Shown in pieces: positions 12,153-25,077 of a stretch of DNA of 64,000 bases (its first letter is position 1; every line of letters begins with the position of its first letter). The position numbers and the translations under genes are program-made. The DNA comes from Mobula hypostoma. Lineage: Eukaryota. The notes below the pieces were generated by a model. That model saw nothing but the letters and a program-made list of their open reading frames with translations, had not been told where the DNA came from and ran no database searches. The stretch is from positions 108,998,001 through 109,062,000 of the forward strand of contig NC_086107.1 in assembly GCF_963921235.1 (NCBI RefSeq). Reading direction: 5' to 3'.

Positions 12153-12785
12153 GTTCAAAGTTCAAAGTACATTTATTGTCAAAGTATGTATACATTACAC
12201 AGCCTTGAGATTCGTCTCCTTACAGGCAGTCACGAAACAAAGAAACCTTAAAGAACCCATGAGAAAGAATGAAGGCCATCAAACATCCAATGTGCAGAGA
12301 AAAAAGAAATTATGCAAACAATAAATGCAAGCAAATAGGGTTCTGAAATGGTCCACAGAGAGAGACTGTCCACAGAGCCTTAGTTAAGTACAGGGCTGAG
12401 TAAACATCGCAACATTATACAACCTTGGGGTTCATCTCCTTACAGACGGCCACGAAACAAAGAAGCCCAAAGGATCCCAAAAAAAAGACCGTCGAATGTG
12501 CAGAGAAAAAAAAGCACAACATGCTCATAAAAAAGACCGTTGAACGCCCAATGTGCAGAAAAAAAAAACGCAAGCAAATAGTGTTCTGAACTGAAGTCAG
12601 CAAGAGAGTCCCGAAGTTCAGCGCAGAGTAAACCTCGTGGAGCAGCAATCTGAAGTGGCCCGTCCCTCACCTCAGGCCCCAACACCTTCACTTTCTTAAC
12701 CTGGCCCGGCGCCTAAACTGACATCCAACCACTGGGTTCAATCACCTCGATACACTCTGAGGCCTGAATCTCGCACCTGAAACCG
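12153..12785 (-). mobile_element. Non-autonomous retroelement (7470-7860 family) with an internal partial tandem duplication
   Basis: gttcaaagttcaaagtac tail. The block cattatacaaccttg...cttacag...cacgaaacaaagaa occurs twice (~12193 and ~12413). Confidence 0.6.
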
Positions 12786-13249
12786 GGGCAGCCAAGGGAA
12801 ACGCACGAGGTCAATGGGGAGAACGTACAAACTCCTTACGGATAATTAGGAATTAAATCCTGATCGCTAGCAATGTAAAACGTTACACTAGCCCCCACGT
12901 TACTGTTTGCATTAACATTAAAGATAACGATCTGTCATCACAGTGTTGAGTATCAGTTTTAGTTTAAAAGGAAGGGCTGGATACACACAAGAGATTCTGC
13001 AAATGCTAGAAATCTTGAGTACACACACAAAATGCTGGAGGAACTCAGCATGTTCAGCAGCTTCTGTAGCATTCCTGGATGGTTTGCTCAAACCTGGGTG
13101 AAGGGAAAGAAACATGGTACTGGAGCATAAAATCGACAAAAAAGGTGCCTGGAATGAAAGCAATTAGCCTCAAACTGACCTCAGCGTTTCCCCAATTCCA
13201 AACACTTTAACAGCAGAATAAATTTTGTAAAATATCGTCTTTCATATTC

Positions 13250-13910
13250 ACAAGAGATTCTGAAGATGCTGGAAATCCAGAGTCACAGACGTGAACGGCT
13301 ATAGGAACTCAGGCAGCACCGATGGAAAGGTACAAAGAGATGACGTTTTGGGGCGAGACCCTCCATTCAGGCCTGACCTGATGAAGGGTCTCAGCTTGAA
13401 ACATCGACTATTTAATTTTAATTCCATTTCCCATTCCTATTCCAGCACGGCGGTCCATGGCCTCCTCTTGTGCCAAGATGAGGCCACCCTAGGGTTGGAG
13501 GAGCAACACTCTGTGTCCCATCTGGGTAGGCCTCAACCTGATGGCATGAATATTGATTTCTCTTTCCAATAAAAAAATCCCTCCCCCCCCTCCCCTATTC
13601 CCCACTCTGGCCTTTAACCTGCTCTCACCTGCCTATCACCTTCCCCGGGTCTCCTCCTCCTTCCCCTTCTCCCATGGTCCACTCTCTGCTCTTATCAGAT
13701 TCCTTCCTCTTAAGTCCTTGACTTTTCCCGTCCACCTGGCATCACCTATCACCTTCCAGCTAACCTCGTTCCCCTCTCCCCCTCACCTTTTTATTCTGGC
13801 ATCTTCCCCCTACCTTTACAGTCCCGAGAAAGGGCCTCAGCCCGAAACGTCGACTGTCAATTCCTGACCTGCTGAGTTCCTCCAGCATTTAGTGCGTATG
13901 TTGCTTTGGA
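13250..13910 (+). mobile_element. Penelope-like element remnant: inverted pLTR, hammerhead motif, GIY-YIG C-terminus, pyrimidine tract, pLTR
   Basis: ORF 13291-13572 ends FNSISHSYSSTAVHGLLLCQDEATLGLEEQH...LGRPQPDGMNIDFS, homologous to 56751-57077. ctgatgaagggtctcagcttgaaacatcgac at 13378. Confidence 0.85.
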
Positions 13911-13912
13911 CC

Positions 13913-14210
13913 TGCGTGGGCATGTGGCCAAGTGGTTAAAGCATTGGACTAGCGACCTGAAGGTTGTGAGTTCGAGCCCCAGCCAAGGCAACGTGTGTTG
14001 TGTCCTTCAGCAAGGCACTTAATCACACATTGCCCTGTGACGACACTGGTGCCAAGCTGTATGGGTCCTAATGCCCTTCCCTTGGACAACATTGGTGTCA
14101 TGGAGAGGGGAGACTTGCAGCATGGGCAACTGCTGGTCTTCCATACAACCTTGCCCAGTGAAGACTTTCCAGGCGCAGATCCATGGTCTCACAAGACTAA
14201 CGGATGCCTT
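13913..14210 (+). mobile_element. tRNA-headed SINE (family 2, CORE-like centre)
   Basis: A-box tggccaagtgg, B-box gagttcgagcc, central gtgtccttcagcaaggcacttaa. Copies at 37148-37455 and 58463-58745. Confidence 0.85.
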
Positions 14211-14792
14211 TACTTTATGCTTTAGGCTTCCAACATCTGTAGACTTCCTCGTGTTTATAAACTCCTCCTTGGCAGGGCTGAGTTACTGAACCAAATCCAT
14301 TGGCCCTCATTCACCAGGCGTCTTGGGTTAAAATTAGCCCCATTGGCACCTCAGCGAGACTTCATTCAGAGATTTTCAGCTGGCAATTGGCACACAGGTT
14401 ATTAGATACCCTGGCATATCTCCAGAGCACATTGCTTGGCGCTTCCAAGATATACATTTCAAAAAATCCAGGTTGTTCTATCATGCGGAAAACAGTGGAA
14501 AGTCGATTTGTTTCCATTTAAGTGCTGAGTTCAATTAGAGGTTAATATCAATCTGTTAGACGTGAGTAAACACTAGATGAGATCTTATTTCGCGCTCTGT
14601 AAAGGGGTAGCTGGTGGTGCTGCTCCTTAAAGGTTCAGTGTTCGATCCTAATCTCAGGTACTGTTTTCGGAGAGGTTGCACGATCTCCATGTAGTTGTGA
14701 GGATTTCCATGGAGTTCTCCGTTCTCCTCCCACATCCCAAAACCATGCAGGTTGGTAGATTTATTCTGCTGCTGTAAATTGCCCCTAATGTA

Positions 14793-15313
14793 CAGTCCTG
14801 TGCAAGGGTCTCAGCCAGATATATATAGCTAGGGTGCCTGAGACTTCTGCACGGGACTGTATTTGTCAGTGTAGAGCGGAGAGCGAGTTTGTAAATCTGG
14901 CGGGAGCAAAGGATGTTGGGAGTGGTGAGGGTGGAGTGCCGCGGGAGGGGGTGTGGACAAGGTGGTCGAGAAGGAGTGCCAGGGCCGGGAGGCACGGGTG
15001 GCGAGGGTACAGAAACACCCAGCCCTGGCACAAGAGGCAAGGTCATTTGATTCAAATAAACAATTAGTTCATTGATAGTTACAGAATGTCTCTCTGGTAC
15101 TTCCCTCTCCCGTCCCCTTTCCCAAACACAATTCCCCTCTCCTTGGACCCTTCCCACTCTCAGTCCACAATAGACACCCACATCACTCACATAGGTCATG
15201 AAATTTGTTCCTTTTTTGGTGACAGCAGTACAGTGCAATACATAAAATTACTAAAGTCTTAGGCACCCTAGCTATATATTTATATATATGCCCAGAGCTT
15301 TCACACAGTACTG
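14793..15313 (+). mobile_element. Composite Tc1/mariner-type MITE, copy 2
   Basis: TA|cagtcctgtgcaa...cacagtactg|TA with the same core as 5844-6447. Confidence 0.75.
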
Positions 15314-15377
15314 TAGGTGAGTGATAGAATCTGTGTGTGGGGTGGGTGAGATAGGATACAAGGAAATAAGAGGGAGA

Positions 15378-16155
15378 ATAGAAACATAGAAACATAGAAA
15401 CATAGAAAATAGGTGCAGGAGTAGGCCATTCGGCCCTTCGAGCCTGCACCGCCATTTATTATGATCATGGCTGATCATCCAACTCAGAACCCAGCCTTCC
15501 CTCCATACCCCCTGACCCCTGTAGCCACAAGGGCCATATCTAACTTCCTTTTAAACATAGCTAATGAACTGGCCTCAACAGTTTGCTGTGGCAGAGAATT
15601 CCACAGATTCACCACTCTCTGTGTGAAGAAGTTTTTCCTAATCTCGGTCCTAAAAGGCTTCCCCTCTATCCTCAAACTGTAGCCCCTCGTTCTGGACTTC
15701 CCCAACATCGGGAACAATCTTCCCGCATCTAGCCTGTCCAATCCCTTTAGGATCTTATACGTTTCAATCAGATCCCCCCTCAATCTTCTAAATTCCAACG
15801 AGTACAAGCCCAGTTCATCCAGTCTTTCTTCATATGAAAGACCTGCCATCCCAGGAATCAATCTGGTGAACCTTCTTTGTACTCCCTCTATGGCAAGGCT
15901 GTCTTTCCTCAGATTAGAGGACCAAAACTGCACACAATACTCCAGGTGTGGTCTCACCAAGGCCTTGTACAACTGCAGTAGTACCTCCCTGCTCCTGTAC
16001 TCGAATCCTCTCGCTATAAATGCCAGCATATCGTTCGCCTTTTTCACCGCCTGCTGTACCTGCATGCCCACTTTCAATGACTGGTGTATAATGACACCCA
16101 GGTCTCGTTGCACCTCCCCTTTTCCTAATCGGCCACCATTCAGATAATAATCTGT
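15378..16155 (-). mobile_element. Young CR1 LINE 3' portion
   Basis: Uninterrupted ORF 15484-16113 is almost identical to the C-terminus of ORF 62576-63676. (TTTCTATG)n tail. Confidence 0.95.
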
Positions 16156-16290
16156 TAGAATTGATGGGATTGATCTGAGAATCAGTATAGACTCTATGGG
16201 CCAAATAGCCTCTTTCTTAGTTCAAGATTCAAGATTGAAGATTGTTTATCGCCATTCTTCAGTACACAAGGGTAAATAGAATACAAAATG

Positions 16291-16598
16291 TGTTCTGTAT
16301 TTGATATTTCAATAATATTTGAGTGTATACATATATGTGTGCGTGTGTGTGTGTGTACATATATAGATAGATAGACATAGATATATAGTTTGATTAAGCA
16401 TTTTAAGCACTCTCATTCATTTAAATAATTCATTATGGGTTATATGTAAAAATATGTTAATTTCACACAGTACATCATCACGCTACCATGTGATGTGACC
16501 GCGCCTCGCTTGAAGTAAAGGCGAAGTTACACCCGCATTCCCCGATGCTTGTGTTCTCCTTGAAATAATTCAACATTTTGGAGTTTCAAAGCATAACA
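16291..16598. mobile_element. Solo LTR-like element, homologous to 7042-7318
   Basis: tgttctgtatttgatatttcaataatatt...gcataaca ends. Inserted in an antisense Rex1-type tail; no clear TSD. Confidence 0.65.
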
Positions 16599-17354
16599 CT
16601 CCGCATCTGATGCAGCATTTAAAATCACACAATAAGCCCAAAGAATTCAATTTTTAAAAACTTTAAATAAAGCACATTATAAAGGCCATTCAATAAAACA
16701 CAAGGTACAAGGAATTGTTATATACATGGATTGTATGTACATAAAGTGATGACGGTAGGGGATGTGTGCGGTGGTGGGGGGGTGGGTTAGTGGGTGGAGT
16801 TGTTGATCAGCTTGCCTCGCTTGGCGGAAAGTAACTGTTTTTGAGTCTGGTTGTCCTGGTGAGGACACTGCATAAACTCCTCCCTGATGGGAGTGGGACA
16901 AACAGTCTATGTGAGCAGGGTGGGTGGGAGCCTTCATAATATCGCTTTTTTTTAACTGTGAGAAATATGAAAATGAGGTAAGTCATCGCAGATATTCCAC
17001 GTCTGGCAATCTCTGCTGCGGAGGAGGTTAGACTTTCCTGAGCAAGCTACATAAAGACTCTGAAAATAAAAATATTTAATATTTTCATCAATCTAACGGC
17101 CTCTTAAATGCTATTATCGTATCTACTTCCACCACCACCCCCAGCAGCTTGTTCCTGGTACCTGCCACTCTCTGTAAAGATCTTGCCCCACGTAAAATCT
17201 GATAAGAAGTCCCAGTCTAGAACGTCAATAGCTCAGTCCTGATGAAGTGTCTCAGCATGTGAAATGTCAAATGTTTATTCCCCTTCACAGATGCTGCCTG
17301 ACTTGCAGAGTTGCTCCAGCATTTGCTCGGTGTTTCTCCCTCAAACTTCCCCTT

Positions 17355-17640
17355 CTCATCAAGGTAGCGTAGCGGTTCGTGCGATGCCATTGCAGCTCTG
17401 GTTAGCGGAGTTCAGGGTTCAATCCCAGCATCGTCGTGAGCAGTCTCTGCACACCGTCCACGTGCAATGCACGAAAATGCTCCGGGTTCCTCCCACAGTC
17501 CAAAGACGCACACAATAGGTTAATTTGTCCCGTGGTTGGGTTAGGGTTAGACATGTCTTTCTGGGGTTGCTGGGAAATATGGCTGAAAGGACCAGATGAG
17601 CCTATTCTGTGCGGTATCTCCAAATAAAATAAAATTAAAT
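17355..17640 (+). mobile_element. V-SINE copy
   Basis: gtagcgtagcggtt A-box-like, gttcaatccc B-box, tcctcccacagtccaaagacg...taggttaattt. Confidence 0.7.
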
Positions 17641-18674
17641 TAATATCTTCTAGTATTGTCATTTCTATCCTCAGAGAAAGGTACTATTGGGGAAATAATG
17701 ATCTATCGTCATTGGGCAAAAATACTACAGGGCAAGGAACCCAATACAGACGAAGGACTTGAAACACAGGTCTACCCTGATGAACAGACAGGAAGGAGTG
17801 AATGGCTTCTTCCTGATCCCACTTTCCACCTGTTCCCAGAGCAAAATATTCCTATTCATAATGATCACTCACTCAATAAATTGCTTAGTTCATAGTTCGG
17901 GATGTAAGATATGAATCATCCCCAGCAATCTTTGCGTTCTGTCCCAGTCAACACATTGCATTCTGGGAGGTTCATCCCCACAAGCTTCTACACACATTGC
18001 ATTCTGGGAAGTCTGCTCCTGCTCTCAGTTAAACCAAGATTCTGTATCCATGATTAAGTGGAAATCAACAGGGATTTAAACAAAGCTATTTAATTTGACA
18101 TGATTGAGATAAAAAAAAATAGGAAATGATAAGTAAATGTGTTAGGGCATATTCTGGAGCTAGGATATGTTATGCATATTAATTTCAGCAGCAACCAATC
18201 TTCAGATTTAAATATGGATTGTAGATTGAATTTAAAACGCAGCTCTGAACAAAAGCCTCCCTGGAACTGCAGACTGGGGTTGATTACAAACCGGGAAACA
18301 CCCATGAACTTGATGTTTGCATATCAGGGAGAGTGGCAGTGGGGATTAACATCTATTTTGCATGTCTGAAGTGTGGCTTTGAAGAAAGATGTGTTTGAAA
18401 ACTATATATAATCTAAAGGAAGCTTTGTAGATACATTGTAACAATACAATTTTCCTGCTGTTAACTTTGATCTTTATCATATAAAAATGTCATGTAATAT
18501 TTGGTCCAGGTGGCCCCCTTCTTAAAGAGTGTCTCAATAAGATGCCTGCTGCTCATGTTTGCTGAATAAAACACTTCTATATCCAGTAGCCTCAGTGACT
18601 TTGTTCATGCTAGGACAAGTGCCCTTCTGTCCCAGGGATGCACTGACTGAGTGGAGAACTTCCAATGGATTGAG

Positions 18675-19255
18675 AAGCAACACACTCAAGATGCTGGAGG
18701 AACTCAGCAAGTCAGGCAGCACTTATGGAGGGGGACATTAGGACCAAACTTATGCTGGAGAAGCAACTCCTCACATTCAATCTGGGTAGCATTTTGGTAT
18801 AAACATTGATTTCCCTAACCAGGCTAAAAACTTCCATTTCTCTCTTTTTCTTCTCTCCATTCTGATGACCCTCTCTCTCCTTCCCTTCCTCTCACCTGCC
18901 CATCACCTCCCTTTGGTTCCCCTCCTCCTTCCCTTTCTCCTATGGTCCACTCTCCTCTCTTATTAGATCCCTTCTCCTTCTGTCCTTTACCTCTCCCGCC
19001 CATCCCCTCACAGATTCTTGCTTCATGCACCCCCTTCCCCCTCACCAGGTCTCATCTATCACCTGCCAGCTTGTACTCCTTCCCCTTCCTCCCACCTTTT
19101 TATTCTGGCTTCTACCCTCTTCCTTCCAATGAAGGCTCTTGGCTTGAGATGTTGACTGTTTACTGCCTTCCATAGACGCTGCCTGACCTGCTGAGTTCCT
19201 CCAGCATTTTGTGTGTGTTGCTCTGCATTTCCAGCGCCAGTAGAGTCTCTTCTGT
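18675..19255 (+). mobile_element. Penelope remnant bounded by inverted pLTR segments
   Basis: agcaacacac...atgctggaggaactcagca at the left and its reverse complement at ~19190-19222. Degenerate LEKQLLTFNLGS, a pyrimidine tract and a decayed hammerhead at ~19125-19160. Confidence 0.75.
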
Positions 19256-20777
19256 AATGGGTTGAGGAGATTTCAAAGTGCTCTATTACTTATTGACTCA
19301 GAATTTTTAAATCTAGTAAAGAAATTAGGTTTCATAGAGAGATACAGCTCATAAAAAGGTCATTAGGCCCTTGCTTCCCGATGACAAAGGGCAGAGATCA
19401 AAAGAAATGGAGACATTTGAGCATTTCGTAATGGAGGCATTGTGGGACAGGCTCCAGTGTGGAACTGTGAAGATGGGTGAATGGGTGCTGGGATCAGAAA
19501 TGGCCTTTTTGGTGTTTGGAAGGTGAAATAGATGGTGTAAAGTTTCCATCTGTTTTTCACGATAATCCATGGGGTTTGTCTGATTCATGCTGTGAGGATA
19601 CCAACATGCCAAAGCAATAAATTGTTTCCGAATTGGGCTTATTATCTCTGGCATATGTTGTGAAATTTTCTGTTTTGCCGCAGTAGTACTGGGCAAAACA
19701 AAATATACTGTAAGTTACAGTAATGTATATGTATGGGTGGTGAGCGCCTCAATGATGGCTGCCACCTTTTTGAGACATCACCTTTTGAAAATGTCCTCAG
19801 TGGCGGGGAGGCCAGTGGCCACCATGGAGCTGGCTCAGTTTACAACTCTCTGCGCCTTCATCCAATCCTCATCCAACCAGAAAGAGGGAAAAAAAACCCT
19901 GTTGGTGGAGCAAAGTTGAGTGTCAGCAATTAGCAGGTAACAGACAGGATCCTATTGTCAGCCTAGATCCAGTACAGAAGCACAAAGCCATCAGTGCCAC
20001 TGGATGGAAGCCTGACATGCCACCGCACCAGGTTCAAGGTCAGCTACTTCCCTTCAACCATTCAATTCCTGAGCCAACCTGCACATTCCTATTGACTACC
20101 GCAGTAAAATAGTACTGTGACCTCTTTAATACATTCACACTACAATGGAGTTCATTTTCTGCTCTAATTATGCACCTCCTTATGTAATTTCTGTCATTGA
20201 TTTATGATTTTTTTAATGGATATTTAGTATCTGAAGCTGCTGCACCATAAGGTTTTGAAAGCACCTGTGCATATGGCAATAATCCTAACTTTGCCTTTGG
20301 CCCATACTGGTACCACACAGACTACTGTAGCTGAAGAGAGCAGGACTACTCACGTCCATACGCAAGTCATTCTACAGACGCGCGTCAGAGAGCATCCTAA
20401 CAAACTGCACATCACTGCACCGTACGGAAACCGCACTGCGTCAGACAGGTAGGCTCTACAACGGCAAGTCAAAACTGCCCAACGCATCACCTGCCTTCAA
20501 GGACGTACAGTATATACAGAAAGGCGCTGGGAAAGGGCCAGTGACATCATGAACTACCCCATCTACCCTGCTCATGGACTGTTTGTCCCGCTTCCATCAG
20601 GGAGGAGGCTATGTAGCATCTGCACCGGGACAACCAGACTCAAAAGCAGTTACTTTCCCCAAGCTGTAAAGTTGATCAACACCTTCACCCACTAACCCAC
20701 ACGTCCACACCCCCCATCGCCACTACTTTAATCATTTCCTGTCAGAGTCACCTTATGTACAGACACTCCTGTGCCTA

Positions 20778-20857
20778 CAGAGGTTCCCAACCTGGAGCCC
20801 ACCAACCCCTCTGCAAATGGTAGGGGTCCATGGCATAAAAAAGGTTGGAAACCCCTG
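20778..20857. mobile_element. hAT-type MITE (~80 bp)
   Basis: TIRs cagaggttcccaacc / ggttggaaacccctg. Second copy at 60073-60152. The 8-bp TSD is not recognisable. Confidence 0.65.
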
Positions 20858-21433
20858 TCCCTAACATCATCTTATGGACATACAATCAACCTATGTATAT
20901 AAGCTATCTTATGTATTGGGTTCTTTATCTTATTGTACTTTTTGTGCTGCATCAGATCTGAAGAAACAATTATTTTGTTCTCCTTTACCCTTGTGTACAG
21001 GAAATGACATGAAGTAATCTTGAACCTTGGCTCTTGAAGACGTTGATTTCGACACTAAGACAGTCACAGGACACCCTGCAGCTAATATATTACTCCTGAA
21101 ATGTTGCTGTAATGAGGGAGATTTGACAACCAATTCAAGCCCCACTAGCTGCAACCTTTCTATAAACGTCATTGGTGGCGAGGGTGGTTGAGTAATGGAA
21201 CGAGCTGCCAGAAGGTGCTGAGATACGTCGTGAGTGGTGTAACCTATGGGGTCATCAGGTCTTTCCACATCAGACACTCTCCCCCAGGCAACCCAGCCAG
21301 GGCTTATCAGATCCTGGCTTGTGTCCCAGCAGCACTTGTCCACGGGTCACAACTTCTCTTTTTGAACTGAGACTACCTGATTGAACTGAGCTCAGACGGG
21401 GGCAATACTGTAGCTGTACAACTTGCTTACCAC

Positions 21434-21497
21434 TGTAGCACCCCTGGCCAGCCTCGGGGTCACTCGGCTCGCTGTCGTCTAGGGAAACCCCCTTACA
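21434..21497 (-). mobile_element. 64-bp miniature solo LTR with a 4-bp TSD (CCAC)
   Basis: TGTA...TACA ends and CCAC on both sides. The sequence matches the two ends of the 44518-45210 LTR. Confidence 0.8.
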
Positions 21498-21504
21498 CCA
21501 CAAT

Positions 21505-21942
21505 ACCATAAGACCATGAGATATAGGAGCAGAAGTAGGCCATTCAGCCCATCAAGTCTGCTCCACCTTTCAATCATGGGCTGATCCAATTCTTCCAGTC
21601 GTCCCTACTCCCCTGCCTTCTCCCCATACCCTTTGATGCCCTGGCTAATCAAGAACCTATCTATCTGCCTTAAGTACACCCAATGACTTGGCCTCCACAG
21701 CCACTCATGGCAACAAATTCCACAGGTTTATCACTCTCTGACTAAAGTAATTTCTCTGCATCTCAGTTCTAAATGGACATCCTTCAATCCTGAAGTCATG
21801 CCCTCTTGTCCTAGACTCCACTACCATGGGAAATAACTTTGCCATATCTAATCTGTTCAGGCCTTTCAACATTCGGAATGTTTCTATGAGATCCCCCCTC
21901 ATTCTCCTGAACTCCAGGGAATACAGCCCAAGAGCTGCCAGT
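21505..21942 (-). mobile_element. CR1 3' fragment
   Basis: ORF 21705-21998 gives LGLYSLEFRRMRGDLIETFRMLKGL...RTRGHDFRI. Confidence 0.9.
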
Positions 21943-22117
21943 CGAAACCTACCCCCTTGTACCTGGTTAATGTTTACAAAGATTTGTGGTTTAGTCATTA
22001 CACTATTGCATAAGTATTGCTGCCATCTGCTCTTTCACCTTGGCCTTAATCAGGTCAGTCATCCAGGAAGCCTACTTCCTTCAATTCTGAGGTTTGCTAT
22101 TAGTGTATCTACAACTT

Positions 22118-22617
22118 CAGTCCAGTTCTGGTCGCCTCACTCTAGGAAGGATGTGGAAGCATTGGAAAGGGTACAGAGGAGATTTACCAGGGTGCTGCCT
22201 GGTTTAGAGAGTATGCATTATGATCAGAGATTAAGGGAGCTAGGGCTTTACTCTCTGGAGAGAAGGAGGATGAGAGGAGACATGATAGAGGTGTACAAGA
22301 TAATAAGAGGAATAGATAGAGTGGACAGCCAGCGCCTCTTCCCCAGGGCACCACTGCTCAATACAAGAGGACATGGCTTTAAGGTAAGGGGTGGGAAGTT
22401 CAAGGGGGACATTAGAGGAAGGTTTTTTACTCAGAGTGGTTGGTACGTGGAATGCACTGCCTGAGTCAGATACACTAGTGAAATTTAAGAGACTACTAGA
22501 CAGGTATATGGAGGAACTTAAAGTGGGGGGTTATATGGGAGGCCGGGTTTGAGGGTCAGCACAACATTGTGGGCCGAAGGGCCTGTACTGTGCTGTATTG
22601 TTCTATGTTCTATGTTA
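22118..22617 (+). mobile_element. CR1 3' fragment
   Basis: Encodes VQFWSPHSRKDVEALERVQRRFTRVLPGL...TRGHGFKV. (TTCTATG)n tail. Confidence 0.92.
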
Positions 22618-23179
22618 TAGAAGTAGGGTCACAGACTGATTAGTTGACACAAGTTGGAGACCCAAGTAGATCAAGTACGTTTCAAAAGTATAGAGGAAAC
22701 ATAGCAATTGTACATATACAGAGCCTTTGAATACAAAAGATTAAGATTAAATATGTCTCAACCACACAAATAAACCTCAATCCATAGCCAGCGGGAGGCT
22801 TGCTCAGCAGCCTCTGTGACAGTGCTGATGGCTCTTTGCTGTCTCCATAATGCCAACTAGGCTCTGCAGAGTGAGCAGCCAGCAAAACATCTAAAGCCCA
22901 CCTCTACAGGCTCATATTGTGCCTTCCATCTCTGTCTCTGGCACTGTTCTACCAGCTCCTTTCTTACGCTCAAGCACCTCCTCAATCCAATCTTCCCAAG
23001 GCACGTCAGTTCCACCACGACCACCTGCTTCGGGGTTTCTGACAGAACGACCGTGTCAGGCTCCTGAACCAGCATGGATAACTTCACTCACCTCAACACT
23101 GATTTCACATCCTCTGGACTCACATTCAAGGACTGCACAACTCACATTCTCAATATTATTTCTTATTTAGTTATTCATT

Positions 23180-23805
23180 CGGAATGGCGCGCGGCCATTC
23201 CGAATGAATATCAATATGTGTAACTAAGGGTGCCGTGCACAATCCTGATTTGATGGAGACAGCTGTGAGAAGCACGGAGGAACACCTGGAGAAACTTCTG
23301 AAATGCCCGCTTCGCTGCTGCCGCTACTGTGCGATCGAGAATCTCCGGAGACGAAGACCCCAAATCCTCGGCTTTGCGCATCACCTGTTGCCGGGGCCGG
23401 GGTCGAAACACTCGGCAGAGATGGTGCTCGGTGCTCGGTGTCAGAGGGCTGGTTGGAGGCTCAGAGTTCTTCTGACGGACTCAGAGTTGGACTGTGGTCG
23501 GATGCTTCCAGGATGCTGCATCGGCAAGTTGGCGGTGCTGGAGGTTTACCATCCGCGTGAGATGATGAGACTTTCGAGAGACTCTGAGACTTTTACTGTG
23601 CCATGGTCTGTTCTTATTAAATTACAGTATTGCTTTGAACTGTTGTAACTATATGTTATAATTATGTGGTTTTTGTTAGTTTTTAAGTCGGTTTGTCATG
23701 TGTTTTCATGATATCATTCTGGAAAAACATTTTTATCATTTCTTAATGCATGCATTACTAAATGGCAATAAAAGGGGACTGCGTGTCCTCATAATCATAA
23801 TCATA
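23180..23805 (+). mobile_element. ~650-bp non-autonomous retroelement, family X, copy 1 (inserted in a Rex1 3' UTR)
   Basis: Homologous to 46971-47596 and 48573-49255. 3' end aataaaaggggactgcgtgtcctc followed by ataatc repeats. Confidence 0.75.
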
Positions 23806-25043
23806 TCTATTCATTTCTCTGCACAGTTTGTCATCTTTTGCACATTGGTTGTTTGTCTGTCTTTGGCTGTGGGCAATTTTTCATTGACTCTAACGGGTTT
23901 CTTCGTATCTATTGTGAATGCCCACAAGAAAATGAATCTCCAGGTTGTGTATGGTGATTTATACGTACTTTGATAATAAACTTATTTGAACTTTGAACTT
24001 TGGATAGGTACATGAGGGAAGGAGTCTCGAAGGATAGGGGTTGAATGCAGGCAGTTGCAAGTAGCTAGGTGGAAAAGGGTCAGCATGAAATCGTTGGGCT
24101 GAAGGGCCCGCATCGATGCTGTATTGCTCTATATCTATGACACTATGACTCTACGGTTGAGGAATTATAACTGCCCTCCACAGACCACTGGGAGCATCTC
24201 CCTTGCCCTCCCACAGAGCAGAGGACGTGAAATATTTGGCAGCCACGTGAGACAGAATCAATCACTTCACCTCCCCTCCACCTTCCGGCCAATGCTTCGC
24301 CTGTGGGACGCATGGAGATGGGGTGACACTGTGCACCTGACTCCCTCCCAGCGTGGAGACAGTACCGTGCGCTATTGGGCACAGGACGCGTGGAAGGCTG
24401 TGAAGGGAAAGTCAAGTTTCACCATCACACAAGCACCAGAATGATAACTGACAACCGCCATATGGTGCTAGCAAGCTTCCTGCGTAGGGCCCCCCGTTCA
24501 TTTAAATCATTCCTTTGCCCCCTTCTGCCTCTTGTCATTTGCTTCTGTCATTATGCGGCGCTCTCTGGCAGTTCCTGTCACTCCTTGTTTCCCTGCCTGT
24601 CTGCCGAGTGTCTGCCTGTCTCATCTGTGATTCAAATCACGCTGCCAACCCCATTGCACGCCCACAAGTCTCCCTCCGTGACTCACAGACACCACGCCCT
24701 GTTGGGCCTGCTGACTGGATGGCCACTGCTTTCACCGCGGACATCCCTCCACCCCCTCGTCTCCGGGAGCCCGTTCTTTTCATCAGTTCTCGTCCACGTG
24801 CCTGGACCAGCCCCCCCCCCCACCCCCCGTTCAAACAGCAGGTGGTTATCCGTAGGAATTTTCCGCAGACAACAATTCAGGGCCCACGGCAGCCTCGTCG
24901 TAGGACGGGATGAGTTTCTGTTTCATCAGTTAACTGAGCTGACGGGGGGTCTTTCACCGTCTGGTACACACTGGGAGCTCACAGCAGTCAGCTCATAGAA
25001 CCTTCAATCAATGTCACACCCCCACACACTCAAAAACACAGGA

Positions 25044-25077
<34 letters not shown>

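Noticed and set aside
13913..13990. tRNA gene
   Set aside because: The A/B boxes belong to a multi-copy SINE head that continues into a SINE body. No complete cloverleaf is evident.
16945..16985. 15-nt microexon ending in GAG|GTAAGT
   Set aside because: Good donor but a weak GAG acceptor next to a LINE fragment, and no partner exons.
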